Source: a virus (lineage: Duplodnaviria; Caudoviricetes). Taken from it: a DNA stretch of 61,647 bases. The stretch spans positions 1-61,647 of the IMG/VR virus record IMGVR_UViG_3300024520_000072; one strand, given 5' to 3'. Made by a program: the position numbers and the translations under genes. This document shows, piece by piece, positions 26,321 through 36,541 of this stretch. Below the pieces are notes generated by a model. It was not told where the DNA came from. It saw only the letters and a program-made list of their open reading frames with translations, and did no database searches. Positions within the stretch are counted from its first letter, which is position 1, and each line of letters begins with the position of its first letter.

Positions 26321-27055
26321 CTAGACGAGATTCCCGTCCTGATCGACGGTCGAGACTTCCGGGAAGCCGGGATAGTCGCCTCCGTTGTTCCACAGCGCAG
26401 CCCCGACGACTCCGATCCCGATGGTCCCGCCGTCGGTGACGACCTCATCGATAAAGGGATCCCCGGAGAACTCCAGGACCAGGGGCCCTACGGCGGCGAC
26501 GTCGATGGGGGAGCCGTCGTCCTTGTCGTTGTCCATGGTTCGCTGGATCGTGACGGCATCGCCCACCTCGAAGCCGTCGTCCTCCCAGCTCCCGACGAGC
26601 CGCGTGATCGTGTCGTTCCCGCCCGTGTTCGCGAACGTCACCTGGGAATTCCCCTTCATGGCCTTCGGGCCCTTGTAGAACTCGAAGGGCTCCTGGCGGA
26701 AGGTGAAGCCCACCTCGACGTCGAGCCCGACCTGGAGCTTCGTCCCGACGTTGTAGGTCTTCGTGGTCGTGATGGCGTTGCGCACTCCTCCAGGGCCGAT
26801 GACCTGCCAGCGCCCTCCGGCGAGCCGGAGCTGGACCGTCCGTCCGCGCTGGGCGTAGGTCATACTCCCACCAGCGCTCTTGACCGGGATGTTCTTCATG
26901 GGCCGGCCCGAGCCGAACTCGATGTCCGTCACCCACGTCCCGGCCGTGTTCGCAGGGCTCATGGACAACATCCGGAGGTCGCCGATTACGGTCACGATCC
27001 GGATGGGGTCGCGCGCTGAAATCTCCCGTTTTATGAGAGCTTGCTCCTGGGTCAT
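26321..27055 (-). CDS. Minor tail protein
   Basis: Synteny; shares a domain with the tail fiber. Confidence 0.65.
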   Translation of the reverse strand: MTQEQALIKREISARDPIRIVTVIGDLRMLSMSPANTAGTWVTDIEFGSGRPMKNIPVKSAGGSMTYAQRGRTVQLRLAGGRWQVIGPGGVRNAITTTKTYNVGTKLQVGLDVEVGFTFRQEPFEFYKGPKAMKGNSQVTFANTGGNDTITRLVGSWEDDGFEVGDAVTIQRTMDNDKDDGSPIDVAAVGPLVLEFSGDPFIDEVVTDGGTIGIGVVGAALWNNGGDYPGFPEVSTVDQDGNLV

Positions 27056-27056
27056 A

Positions 27057-28943
27057 TCAGACGACCTCGATCCCGCTCGTGATCTCCAGAGCCTGGATCG
27101 TAGCGTTGACCGTCTTCGCGTCCCGCTTCAGTGTCCGCGACATCTGGCGGATCAAGTAGATCCGGTCGTCGTCGGTGGAGGAGAAGGAATCGGCCGGCTC
27201 CAGGGCGAGGTCGTGGAACATGGCGATCGTCCGGGGATGGAGCGTCGCCTGTTGCATGAAGAGAACCTCGCGAGCCAGGACGATTGCAGTCGCGTCGTCG
27301 TCGATGAGGTGGTTAACCACCTCGATCCGGCTCTCCGAGAATTCCAGGGCCTCGTCGGTCCGCGCGATCTGCTTGATCTCCTGGAAGACATACTCGAAGG
27401 GGTCGGCGTGGATGTCGTAGACGCCGCGCCCGAGCGAGTTCATGATCCACAGGCCCAGGACCAGCGCGAAGGCCTGGATGATCCGGCCGATGGAGATCGT
27501 CACGAAGAGCGCCGCCCCGTCCGGGATCGCCGCGAAGACGACGTGGATTATGAGAAGGATCACGGCCAGCCAGGGCGCGAAGCCCGTGTCCACTGTTATC
27601 AGCATACCGACATAGCCCTCGGCCAGGTCGTTCGGAGCTACGATCCCGGTCGCGCGTTCTCCTCCGCCGAGAGCCTTGAAGCCGCCGTTCACGGAGGTCT
27701 TTACGACGAGCTTCGGGTTGTCGGCGAGCTGGGTCCGGTCGTCAGAGAAGAGCGCCTCGATCCGCTCGTTATCGGCGAAGAAGCCGGTCGTCAGATTGAC
27801 CTGAGCGACGACCTGCCGAGGCTGGGTGATCTTGCTCTGATTGAAGTCCAGGCCCTTGATACAGACCGAGTCCGCGGCGATCACGTCCGAGAGAGGCCAC
27901 TCCACGGAGATCCGCGTCCGCTGGTCCGAGTAGAAGCGGTCGATGTTCCCGCCCAGGATGGACAGATGCTGGCCGAGCTTGCCCTCCCCGGTGAAGCGAG
28001 GGATGAAGCCGTCGGCGAACATGACGCGCGCCAGCAGGACGATCGGAGACTCCCCCGAGAGCGTCATCGTCGTGTGGCGGAGGACGCGGGTCTCGCCCCA
28101 TCCGGAGAACTCGATCTCCGCCGGGGCCAGCCCCATCTCGCTCTGGGCGAGCGTGTCCCCGATCGCCCGATAGGTCTCGCCGTCGGTGAATTCCCGGCTC
28201 GTGCGCTCGTAGCCCAGGAAGTCCGCCTCCCTGGAGGTCGCCTTGAACTGTCGCTGGCTCTTGCCTGCCGGCCCGAGCGCCCTGGAGCGGATCCAGCTCG
28301 GCTGCCCCCGGATGATCATCGTCAGGGTGTTCGGCCAGAGGTCGGGGTCGACCTGTTCGTCCCCCTCGTAGACCCTGAGGACGTTGCCCTTCCGGAAGTA
28401 GCGGGCGTCGAGGTCCTGGGAGTAGTCCGCCTCGTAGTCCTCGCCGTCGATGGGCTCGGGCGCGATAAACTGGATCCCCTCGGTCGTCCAGTCGTAGTCT
28501 GTGCCCTCCGTGAGGGCGACCCCGTTCTTCCGGACCTCGCGGGTCACGTTGGGGTCGTGGATGCTGACCGGCCGGTTCGAGACCTCCTCCAGCTCGCCCC
28601 CGGTGTCGCCCGTGACGTCGATCTCCTCGCCGGTCGTGGTCGCCGTGAGGAGGCTCAGCGGGTTGAATATGCCCGTCGGGTCCTCAAGCGTGACCGTCGC
28701 CGATCCCGCGGAGATCCCGCCCGTCGTGTAGTCGCCAGAGACCTCTTGGATGTCGATCTGGGCCGCGAAGTCCGTGAAATCCTTTGGGCCCACGATCAGC
28801 TCCAGGGCCGTCTCCGTGACGATGTCTCCGATCGTGTTCGCCAGACTGCTCCGGAGGTCATAGAGGTCCACGCGGAAGGCCGGCGCGCGGCGCTCCGTCT
28901 CGCCGAGAGAGATCGCCTCCAGGAGCGGAGGGAGCGAGCGCAC
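27057..28943 (-). CDS. Tail tip / hub protein
   Basis: Synteny after the Dit-like gene; hub-like C-terminus; internal hydrophobic segment. Confidence 0.6.
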   Translation of the reverse strand: MRSLPPLLEAISLGETERRAPAFRVDLYDLRSSLANTIGDIVTETALELIVGPKDFTDFAAQIDIQEVSGDYTTGGISAGSATVTLEDPTGIFNPLSLLTATTTGEEIDVTGDTGGELEEVSNRPVSIHDPNVTREVRKNGVALTEGTDYDWTTEGIQFIAPEPIDGEDYEADYSQDLDARYFRKGNVLRVYEGDEQVDPDLWPNTLTMIIRGQPSWIRSRALGPAGKSQRQFKATSREADFLGYERTSREFTDGETYRAIGDTLAQSEMGLAPAEIEFSGWGETRVLRHTTMTLSGESPIVLLARVMFADGFIPRFTGEGKLGQHLSILGGNIDRFYSDQRTRISVEWPLSDVIAADSVCIKGLDFNQSKITQPRQVVAQVNLTTGFFADNERIEALFSDDRTQLADNPKLVVKTSVNGGFKALGGGERATGIVAPNDLAEGYVGMLITVDTGFAPWLAVILLIIHVVFAAIPDGAALFVTISIGRIIQAFALVLGLWIMNSLGRGVYDIHADPFEYVFQEIKQIARTDEALEFSESRIEVVNHLIDDDATAIVLAREVLFMQQATLHPRTIAMFHDLALEPADSFSSTDDDRIYLIRQMSRTLKRDAKTVNATIQALEITSGIEVV

Positions 28944-29569
28944 TACGTCACCTCGGAGACGATGTGGAAGGTCAGGACGACGTTCTCGTCCACGTAGCCG
29001 GTGGGGTCGACGTCCCAGCCCGTGAAGGCGTTATCGATCGGGTCGCTCGGACCCCGGATCTCCTTCATGTCGAGCGCCTTCCCGGTCGACCCGCCGCCCA
29101 CCTGGAGCTTGTAGAATTCTACATTGTAGGACTTCTCGGAGAGGTCTCGCGGCGCCCAGACGATGTAAGTCTGGGCCGATGGGACCAGCGCCGGAGGGTT
29201 GACCAGATAGTTGATGAAGAGCCGGAGGAGATAGCTCGGCATCGAGGCGACCGACTCCTTCGCCCCCTTCCAGGTCAGATGACAGTCCATGTCGTCGAGC
29301 TGACCCTCGAAGCGGGTCACGAGCGTCGTCCCGAGGGTCCTCTTCGTGCTCGCCAGGGGGACCGGGATCACCTCGTCCAGGAAGTTCGAGACCGAGTCGG
29401 GGTTCACGGAGAACACGATCGGCGGGAAGCTCGCGCTGAGAGGATGCGTCAAGGTCTGAGAGGCGCCCAGCTCCCCGGCGCCGCCCACATCCAGCAGGGG
29501 AGCAGAGGCAGCGGCCGCAGCCGGGGCGCCCAGGGCGATCTCGAAGTCGGTGGAGACTGTGATGGTCAT
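28943..29569 (-). CDS. Distal-tail-like protein
   Basis: Size and synteny. Confidence 0.5.
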   Translation of the reverse strand: MTITVSTDFEIALGAPAAAAASAPLLDVGGAGELGASQTLTHPLSASFPPIVFSVNPDSVSNFLDEVIPVPLASTKRTLGTTLVTRFEGQLDDMDCHLTWKGAKESVASMPSYLLRLFINYLVNPPALVPSAQTYIVWAPRDLSEKSYNVEFYKLQVGGGSTGKALDMKEIRGPSDPIDNAFTGWDVDPTGYVDENVVLTFHIVSEVT

Positions 29570-29571
29570 CG

Positions 29572-30726
29572 TTAGAAGACCTCCAGAGAGAAGTCGATGT
29601 CCTTCCCGACGTCGCCGTCCAGGATGGAGGAGGTGTAGACGCGCTGCGTCACCACGCCGTCGTCGCTTGTCTCCTCCTGGTTCTGTGGGTGGAGCGTGCC
29701 CTCGGCCGTGTCGAGCGTGATGGCCGGGGTGTAGTTCGGGACTGGGAGCCCCGTGACGCTGTCGCGGACGATGACCCTGACCCGTGAGCCCCCGAGGCGC
29801 CGGTTCTTCCGGTCCGGGCCCATGACGATCTCCAGGTCCGGGCCGTCGATGTCGACGATGACCATGAAGCTAGCGCCCCGTTCCGGCTCCGATGCGGTGC
29901 CCTCGGCGTGAACCTGCCAGACGCACGTCTGCGGCCTCGGGATCGTTGCGTTGTCCCTGAAGCGGAGCCTCATCCAGAGCGCCCGGTGGGTGAGCCCTGG
30001 GAGCGCGGTAGTGTCGCCCCTGCGAGGCGTCATTAGCTCGGCCTGGTTCGCTGGGCTCCGCCTCCAGGTCTGAGGACCGCCTTCGTCTCCGGTGCCGACC
30101 ATCGCGCCGGCCGTCGTTTCGATGTCTGGCTCGACGCGCTCGTTCGCGATGCCCGGGATCTCGATCGCGGCGGCGTCCAGCTCGGCCATCGTGGAGCACG
30201 CGATCTCCAGGATCAGAGGGCCGGGCTGGTGGTCCGTGATCCAGACGTTGTAGGGCCCGTTCGTCGTCCCGTTGCCCAGCGCGTGGATGAACATGAGCCG
30301 GTATCTGGGCTCTCGGGAGACGGACGTCAGCGCGTCCCAGGCGTCGAAGACGGAGTTCGGGGTGTAGAGTCGGTAGACCCGCCCGACGACCGAGACGATC
30401 GGGAGAGGGCCGTCCAGGGTGAACTCTCCGGTCACCGTGTCGAAGCCGATCACCTCGACGGCGAAATTCACCTCGTCAGTCGCGGCCACGAAGGCGTCCT
30501 CTCCGAAGAAGATGATCCAGGAGCCCGTGTAGTCGGTGGAGGTGGGCAACAGACCCGCGTCCGTGAAGTGATACAGGTCGCCCGCGTCCGTGATCGATCC
30601 GTCCAGCTCGTCGATCGTGGTGGAGGACCTGAAGCCCCCGAGCATCGCGTTCGGATCCGTCTGCGGGTCGCCGACCCCAGAGGCGACCGCCCGCTTCATC
30701 TCGCACTCGAAATTGCGCCGGCTCAT
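29572..30726 (-). CDS. Putative virion structural protein
   Basis: Tail module; C-terminal Ig-like segment. Confidence 0.6.
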   Translation of the reverse strand: MSRRNFECEMKRAVASGVGDPQTDPNAMLGGFRSSTTIDELDGSITDAGDLYHFTDAGLLPTSTDYTGSWIIFFGEDAFVAATDEVNFAVEVIGFDTVTGEFTLDGPLPIVSVVGRVYRLYTPNSVFDAWDALTSVSREPRYRLMFIHALGNGTTNGPYNVWITDHQPGPLILEIACSTMAELDAAAIEIPGIANERVEPDIETTAGAMVGTGDEGGPQTWRRSPANQAELMTPRRGDTTALPGLTHRALWMRLRFRDNATIPRPQTCVWQVHAEGTASEPERGASFMVIVDIDGPDLEIVMGPDRKNRRLGGSRVRVIVRDSVTGLPVPNYTPAITLDTAEGTLHPQNQEETSDDGVVTQRVYTSSILDGDVGKDIDFSLEVF

Positions 30727-32327
30727 CCGTCCGCCTGGGCCGTGACCCGGTCGCGCGTCTCGGCCAGATCGTCGTCGTCCGCGTACCGGACTCGGGCCTG
30801 ACCGAGCCCCTCCGCGTCGGTGATCGAGGTCGCGGCCAGGAGCGTCCCGTGGGCCGGCGTGACCGGGTCGTCGGTGTGGGGGTAGTCGACCGTGTAGACC
30901 TCGGTCCCGTCGACCGGATAGGGCACGTTGAACTCTACCTGGGTCGTCGAGAAGTCGAAGTCGACGCCCTCCTCCAGCTCGATCCCGTCCTCGTAGACCT
31001 TCTTCGGGTAGTCGATCGTCAGGTTGATCGGGCCGTTCGCGAGCGTGAAGTCATCCCCAGGCGACGACCCCGTAACGTCGATCACCTCGCCCTCCGTGCT
31101 GGTCGCCTCGATGCTCCAGTTGATGACCTGACCGCCGATCAGCTCGCCCAGGTCGCCGCGTGCGTCCGTGTCGAGCAGATTGACCCGGCCCGTCGAGGGG
31201 CGCGCGAGCCATCCAGGCGGCCGGAGCTGCGCCACCTCGGCCGCCATGCTCCACTCCAGGATCGAGTGACATCCGGCCCGCGCGTTGCCGTTCGCATCCG
31301 TCACGCTCGACCAGAGGACCAGCCGCTCGCGGGACGAGTCGAAGAGCGGCGTCTCGTAGTTCACGGGCGTCGTCGCTCCGACGCGATAGTTCGCGGGAGT
31401 AGCCGGGAGGACCGTCGTCCCTGACCCGAGCACAGAGGCGATGCAGCGCGACGAGACGCCGAGCCGGCCGTGGACACGGATGGGGCTCCCGCTCGCGCCC
31501 GTCGGATTCCAGTCGTAGAAGAGGACGTAGTAGCGGAGTTCTGGCGCCGACGGCTGGATGGAGCGAAGACACTGATAGAGTCTCCCCTTCGGCGTGGCGT
31601 GTTGTGAGTCGGCGTCCGGGATGAACTGGATGTAGTCGACGACCATGTCCGCCTCGCCGTAGAGCGGCCCGGCCTGGAACGTAGCCGGGGAGGAGTTGTA
31701 GCTGCACGGGATGTCCTGCTCGATCGTTCCGAAGCCGGTCGAGAGGTCCACGAGAACCATGACCTGCTCGTAGGAGCCCAGGTCAGAGTGGACGCATTCG
31801 GCCCGGCTGAGGAGCATGTAGCCCCACTCGGGGAAGAAGATCGCGTTCGGCGTATTGCTCGACGCCTCCAGCTCCCAGAAGCCCTCCTGGCCAGTGGTCG
31901 GGCTCGTCCGCGGGCCGTCGAAATCGAGGGCCGGGAAGGGGTCGTCATCGATCTCGATCGTCGGGTCGGAGTAGTTCAGCTCGTTGAAGTGGGTCGAGCT
32001 GTCGTGGGAGAAGAGCCTCTGGGTCCCGGTGATCGGCTCGAAGTCGCCGACGAGCTGAGGTTGGATGCCCCCCACGTCCCAGGTCCCGATGTGGCTCCCG
32101 GTCGAGTCGATCAGCTCGGGGTCGAATCGGACCACTCGCCAGTCCGGGCCGCCGTCCGCCTCGTCCCACTGGCAGGAGAAGGCGGCGAAGCGGTCGAGAT
32201 AGGCGCGAGCGGGGCGGAAGGTGCCCGTGTTCGCGAACTCGATGCCGTTGGCGAGCGCCGGGACCTGGAAGTTCCCCAGCTCCAGGTAGGCATACATATC
32301 CCGATTCGAGAGGAGCTTCAGACTCAC
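30723..32327 (-). CDS. Putative virion structural protein
   Basis: GTG start with AAGGAGG; Ig-like C-terminus. Confidence 0.65.
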   Translation of the reverse strand: MSLKLLSNRDMYAYLELGNFQVPALANGIEFANTGTFRPARAYLDRFAAFSCQWDEADGGPDWRVVRFDPELIDSTGSHIGTWDVGGIQPQLVGDFEPITGTQRLFSHDSSTHFNELNYSDPTIEIDDDPFPALDFDGPRTSPTTGQEGFWELEASSNTPNAIFFPEWGYMLLSRAECVHSDLGSYEQVMVLVDLSTGFGTIEQDIPCSYNSSPATFQAGPLYGEADMVVDYIQFIPDADSQHATPKGRLYQCLRSIQPSAPELRYYVLFYDWNPTGASGSPIRVHGRLGVSSRCIASVLGSGTTVLPATPANYRVGATTPVNYETPLFDSSRERLVLWSSVTDANGNARAGCHSILEWSMAAEVAQLRPPGWLARPSTGRVNLLDTDARGDLGELIGGQVINWSIEATSTEGEVIDVTGSSPGDDFTLANGPINLTIDYPKKVYEDGIELEEGVDFDFSTTQVEFNVPYPVDGTEVYTVDYPHTDDPVTPAHGTLLAATSITDAEGLGQARVRYADDDDLAETRDRVTAQADG

Positions 32328-32332
32328 GGTCG

Positions 32333-32761
32333 CTAGGCCTCCTTCGGCGGTTCTCCAGTGGAGCCGCCCATCGAGCGCGCGAGGTCCTGGACGTTGACCC
32401 CTCCCATGTTCGGCATCGTCCCCAGGATCCCGGACATCCTGGTCATAGCAAGGTCCACGGCCTCCGCCGCCTGTCCCTTGGCCCCGTCCGCCATGTCGGA
32501 GACTTTCCTCATGTGGCCCTCTGTCGCCCTGGTGGCCGCCAGGATGTCGCAAAGGACCTGGGCCTGGACGAAGAGCAGCATGACGACAGGAGAGGGATCC
32601 TGGGCCGCCTCCAGGAGCGTCAGCTTCCGGTGGACGCCCGCCTCCAGGTCGAATAGCTCGACTAGCTCGGGATTGATGACCACGCCGCGCTGAGGCATCT
32701 CAGATCGGACGGACTGGGGGAGCGCGATAGGGGCAGACGGATCGCGGGAGCTGGCGGACAT
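32333..32761 (-). CDS. Hypothetical protein
   Basis: AGGAG RBS, follows the tape measure gene. Confidence 0.65.
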   Translation of the reverse strand: MSASSRDPSAPIALPQSVRSEMPQRGVVINPELVELFDLEAGVHRKLTLLEAAQDPSPVVMLLFVQAQVLCDILAATRATEGHMRKVSDMADGAKGQAAEAVDLAMTRMSGILGTMPNMGGVNVQDLARSMGGSTGEPPKEA

Positions 32762-32770
32762 GGGGGTCTC

Positions 32771-34885
32771 CTATGCGAGAAGGGCTGAACTCTGCGAGAG
32801 GGTCTCGGCTGCACTCTCGCCGACCGAGCCTCCGGCCGCCACTCCGCCAGAGATCGAGCGGATCGCGTCCAGGATGAGGGCCTGGAATTCGTTGTTGACG
32901 TCGAGCTTCCCCTCCGTCCCGACCAGGGCGGCCTCCAGGGTCTGTCCGACCTGGAAAATGGGGAGCGAGCTGTCCCCGGCGATGACGCCGCGCTGAGCCT
33001 CCGCCTGGGTGGCGTTCGCGGCCGAGCGGACCAGGGAGTTCGTCACGTCCGCCTCCGTGTCCCGGAGCGCGCCAGGGAGGATCGACATAGCGGCCCCCAG
33101 GCCGGCCGTCCAGCCCCTCCCGAGACTTTTCCCGAGTTCTCCACCCAGGAGCCCGTCCTTCCCGAGGATCCCCTTCTCGCCGCCCAGAAGTTCCTTGAAT
33201 TGCTTCCCGAGGGTATTCATGACGTCGTCCATGGAGTCCTTCAGGAGCTGCCCGGCCGTGTCCGCGAGTAGCTCCATCATGTCGAAGCCCTCGCCCGTGA
33301 TGGCGGCACGGAGCCCGCCTCCGATCGCGTCCTCCAGGCTGTCGCTCAGGGTCTCGCCGAGCTTCCTGGCCGTCGCGTTCGTCTTCGCGTCCGCCTTCTC
33401 CTGGGCCTCCGTCTGCGCCTTCTGGACGAGGAGGATCTCCTCCTGGATCTTCTTGACGCCGTCGAGGGCGGCCTCCACGTTGCCGGCGGCCTGGGCCGTC
33501 GCGATCAGCTCGTTCGCCTGCTGGCCGAGGAGGAAGATCTCGGCCTCGTATTTGTCCTTTCGTCGCAGCGCCGAGAGATTGATCTTCTCGTTCAGCTCCA
33601 GGAGCTTCTCGGCCGCCTTCGCCTGGGCCTCGATCGCCTCGCGACTCTCGCCCACTGGTAGGTCGACCTTCGTGTCCACTTTCGGAGCGGCGGATCCGAT
33701 GGCGCCGCCAGCGATGACCCCGGCCGCGCGCTGTTTGATGCTGTCGAGGGTGGACTCGAACTTCGCCGCCTCTTCCTCCCCGAGACGGAACTCGTCAGCG
33801 AGGCCGCCGACCGTCACCTGGAGGGCAGAGAGTTCCGCCCGAGCTTCGCCGATGCGTCCGGTGAGATTTTCGACCAGCGGCTGGTCGCCTCTGCCCTCGG
33901 CGGCCCTCCGCATACTCTCCAAGCGCTCGACGTGGCCCCTCGCCCTGCTCAGCTCCTCCTCGCCGATGATCCCCTGGAAGACAGTCCCCACTCCCCGGAG
34001 CTTGTTCAGGACTCGGAGCGCCTCTACGGCCGCCAGGGTGAGGAGGCCGAATAGCTGGATCGCGACGTTCAGCCCGTCGCGAGCGAAGTCCGTGATCGCG
34101 TCCTCGTTCTCCTCGATGATCTTCTGGAGATCGCCCAGGAAGGGGAGCAGGACATCCCGTAGGGAGTTGATGACCGGGCCGCGGAAGGCGTCGCCGAGGG
34201 CCTTCGAGACGTTCGTCGTAGCGTCGCCCACGTTCGAGAGAGCGCCGCCGAGCGTCTTCGAGAGGTCTTCGGCGGCCTTCCCGAAGGTCCCTCCGGCCCC
34301 GAAGGTCTGCGCGAAGGCGACCTCCAGCTCCGCCATCGAGAGCTTCGTGGCGTCCGGGATCCCGGCGATCGACTCGATCAGAGCCTTGACGCCGCGCTCG
34401 CGGAAGAGATCCGCCGAGGCGATACCAGCCGCCAGAGAGCGCTGGAGGTTACCTGCCGCGTCCTGGAACGAGAGCCCGGTCACGGCCGCCAGGTTCGCGG
34501 CCGTCTCGGTCAGCTCCTCCAGGCGCTCTCGGTTCCCGAGCGCGGCCGAGGCCAGTGTCGACGCTCCCTCGACGATCTCGGAGACCGCGAACGGCGTCTT
34601 CGAGGCGAGCTTCGTGAAGGTTTCGAGGGCCTTGTTCGCCTCCCGCTGGTCCCCCAGGAGCCCGGCCAGCCGAACGCCATACTGCTCGAAGGCGGCGGAG
34701 GTATCGATCGCGGCCTTCGCGACACCCAGGAATCCCCGGATCCCGGCCAGGATCCCGAGCGCTGCGACGAGGCCGAGGATCTTCTTCCGCACGGAGCCCG
34801 AGGTCTTCCCGACTCGCTTGATCGACGACGAGGTGGCCTTCCCGCCCTTCTCTGTGATGACGATTTCGACGATCTCTCGCGCCAT
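32771..34885 (-). CDS. Tape measure protein
   Basis: SAAFEQ...ASKTPF.V.EI, TLGGALSN motifs; Ala/Gly-rich helical. Confidence 0.9.
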   Translation of the reverse strand: MAREIVEIVITEKGGKATSSSIKRVGKTSGSVRKKILGLVAALGILAGIRGFLGVAKAAIDTSAAFEQYGVRLAGLLGDQREANKALETFTKLASKTPFAVSEIVEGASTLASAALGNRERLEELTETAANLAAVTGLSFQDAAGNLQRSLAAGIASADLFRERGVKALIESIAGIPDATKLSMAELEVAFAQTFGAGGTFGKAAEDLSKTLGGALSNVGDATTNVSKALGDAFRGPVINSLRDVLLPFLGDLQKIIEENEDAITDFARDGLNVAIQLFGLLTLAAVEALRVLNKLRGVGTVFQGIIGEEELSRARGHVERLESMRRAAEGRGDQPLVENLTGRIGEARAELSALQVTVGGLADEFRLGEEEAAKFESTLDSIKQRAAGVIAGGAIGSAAPKVDTKVDLPVGESREAIEAQAKAAEKLLELNEKINLSALRRKDKYEAEIFLLGQQANELIATAQAAGNVEAALDGVKKIQEEILLVQKAQTEAQEKADAKTNATARKLGETLSDSLEDAIGGGLRAAITGEGFDMMELLADTAGQLLKDSMDDVMNTLGKQFKELLGGEKGILGKDGLLGGELGKSLGRGWTAGLGAAMSILPGALRDTEADVTNSLVRSAANATQAEAQRGVIAGDSSLPIFQVGQTLEAALVGTEGKLDVNNEFQALILDAIRSISGGVAAGGSVGESAAETLSQSSALLA

Positions 34886-35314
34886 CTAGGCCCCCACGGC
34901 CGTCAGGGCTTTACGCTGCGCGAAGGCTCTCTCCCGCCCCGCCCTGGTCGCCTTCGCGACGAAGTTCTTCGGGGCCTTGGGGGAGGATCCGTTGTTCAGC
35001 GCTGCGATGTAGTCGATGTTGTTCCGGATGTAGGCGACGTCCCCGACCCGGTAGCGGGAGGCGACAGTCGCGATCCTGGCGGCCGTGGCGGTCCTGCTGG
35101 GATCTAGGAAGGCGACCGGGGAGGTGACCGGGACGTTCAGCGAGGGGCGCCAATTTGCCACAGCGAAGCCGGTGAGGACGGGGGTCGTCGCGGTCAGCTC
35201 ATCGCCGATCGACTCGATCACGTCGGCCACCAGGGCCTCGACGTTCTCCGTGAGCGCGCTCGCGATCTTATTGAGGCGGCGCTCCAGCGTCCGGATGTCC
35301 CTGCTCGCCGCCAT
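34886..35314 (-). CDS. HK97 gp10-like neck / tail completion protein
   Basis: TPVLTG...NW, YI.NN.DYI..LN.GSS..AP..FV. Confidence 0.8.
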   Translation of the reverse strand: MAASRDIRTLERRLNKIASALTENVEALVADVIESIGDELTATTPVLTGFAVANWRPSLNVPVTSPVAFLDPSRTATAARIATVASRYRVGDVAYIRNNIDYIAALNNGSSPKAPKNFVAKATRAGRERAFAQRKALTAVGA

Positions 35315-35678
35315 CCTCAGCCCCCCCAGGCGCGTCCGGCTCTTCCCAGTTCTTCCGATGATCGAGGTAGTCTCGGAGCTTCTTGAAGTGGACCGGGTGC
35401 TCGATCAGCCACGCTGTCCAGTCCTGGCGCGAGAACTCCGCGAAGCCCTCGGTCGGGCTGGAGAGGATGACGCCTTCAGCGTAGACCATCGCGTAGAGGC
35501 GGACCGCCCCCTTCTCCGACATCTTCCCGCAGTCGATGGCGAGCCGGTGTGGCTCCAGGAAGGCGCTCGCTCCAGCGCGATAGACGGCGTTCACGTCCGG
35601 GAACGGAGGGGCACAGTCGAGGGAGATGTCCGGAGGGCAGTCCGGGATCGCGAAGGTGACCCTCATCTTCCGGCGCAC
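35268..35678 (-). CDS. Hypothetical protein
   Basis: Contiguous ORF in the tail module. Confidence 0.55.
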   Translation of the reverse strand: MRRKMRVTFAIPDCPPDISLDCAPPFPDVNAVYRAGASAFLEPHRLAIDCGKMSEKGAVRLYAMVYAEGVILSSPTEGFAEFSRQDWTAWLIEHPVHFKKLRDYLDHRKNWEEPDAPGGAEDGGEQGHPDAGAPPQ

Positions 35679-36151
35679 TATGCCATCTCCCCGGACGCGA
35701 CCGCGGCGCGGACGCGATGCTGGAGGACCCCGATATCGTGGCCCTGGAGCTGAGTCCGGCCGGACGAGTCCTCTCTCTCTGTGGCCTGAGGACGGAGGGA
35801 CTGCGAGAAGTGGCGGAGGGCGCCGGACTTCGCCCCTCCGAGGGCGTCCAGGATCGCAGCGTGGACCCCGTAGGCTTCCACGACAGACTCCTCTCCGAGG
35901 GCGCGGCGCTCGATCAGCAGGTTCGTCGTGAACTCCAGGTAGGTCAACTCGCGCCGTAGCTTCCGTGGGGTCGTCCCCCAGCGTCGCGACAGGAAGGCCA
36001 GCCCCTCCTCCTTCAGGCTGGCGATGAACTCGGGACGGAACTCCCGTTCGAGGGCCTCTGGTCGGGGTCGCTCTGGGGCGTAGTGTCCGAGCTTCGGTCG
36101 GCGCCTCGTCTCAGGAGCAGGATCGGCCCGAGGAGGGCCATCCCTTTTCCC
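35678..36151 (-). CDS. Tail assembly chaperone GT extension (-1 frame)
   Basis: -1 frame open from the slippery GGGAAAA (36145..36151) to the stop at 35678. Confidence 0.65.
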   Translation of the reverse strand, partial: GKRDGPPRADPAPETRRRPKLGHYAPERPRPEALEREFRPEFIASLKEEGLAFLSRRWGTTPRKLRRELTYLEFTTNLLIERRALGEESVVEAYGVHAAILDALGGAKSGALRHFSQSLRPQATEREDSSGRTQLQGHDIGVLQHRVRAAVASGEMA

Positions 36152-36531
36152 ACCATTCCCCCTCCGTCCGCACGCATGATCGAGGTCAGCCAGACGGCCT
36201 GGGCGATGGCGTATATGTCGTCACCCCAGAGGTCCTTCCAGACGATCCCCATGTCGCGAAGCTCGTCCCGAACGCTCCGCTCGCAGATGACGGAGACCTC
36301 CCGGTGGAAGTTCAGGAGGAGCGCCCCGAGCGAGAAGGTCGTGGCCTTCTCGTTGCTCTCGTTCCACTCCAGCCAGCGGTCCACGAGAGCCGCGACGAGA
36401 GGCATCGTCTCGTCCTGAGTCTCCATGGTCCACGGCCGGACCGTGAGAGATCGAGCCCCTCCCATGATCGGAATCGGACCTGGCAAGAGCGCGACCTTCG
36501 GCGGCGTGGTGCTCCCCTCTGCGGCTTCCAT
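36013..36531 (-). CDS. Tail assembly chaperone (gpG-like)
   Basis: Directly after the tail tube gene; contains an in-frame G GGA AAA. Confidence 0.7.
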   Translation of the reverse strand: MEAAEGSTTPPKVALLPGPIPIMGGARSLTVRPWTMETQDETMPLVAALVDRWLEWNESNEKATTFSLGALLLNFHREVSVICERSVRDELRDMGIVWKDLWGDDIYAIAQAVWLTSIMRADGGGMVGKGMALLGPILLLRRGADRSSDTTPQSDPDQRPSNGSSVPSSSPA

Positions 36532-36541
36532 CGTGCCTCCG

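Noticed and set aside
33009-34889. 626-aa plus-strand ORF, and similar long antisense ORFs (26880..28997, 19300..20712, 58547..59998)
   Set aside because: Shadow ORFs opposite well-supported genes; Ser/Arg/Pro-rich and expected in high-GC DNA
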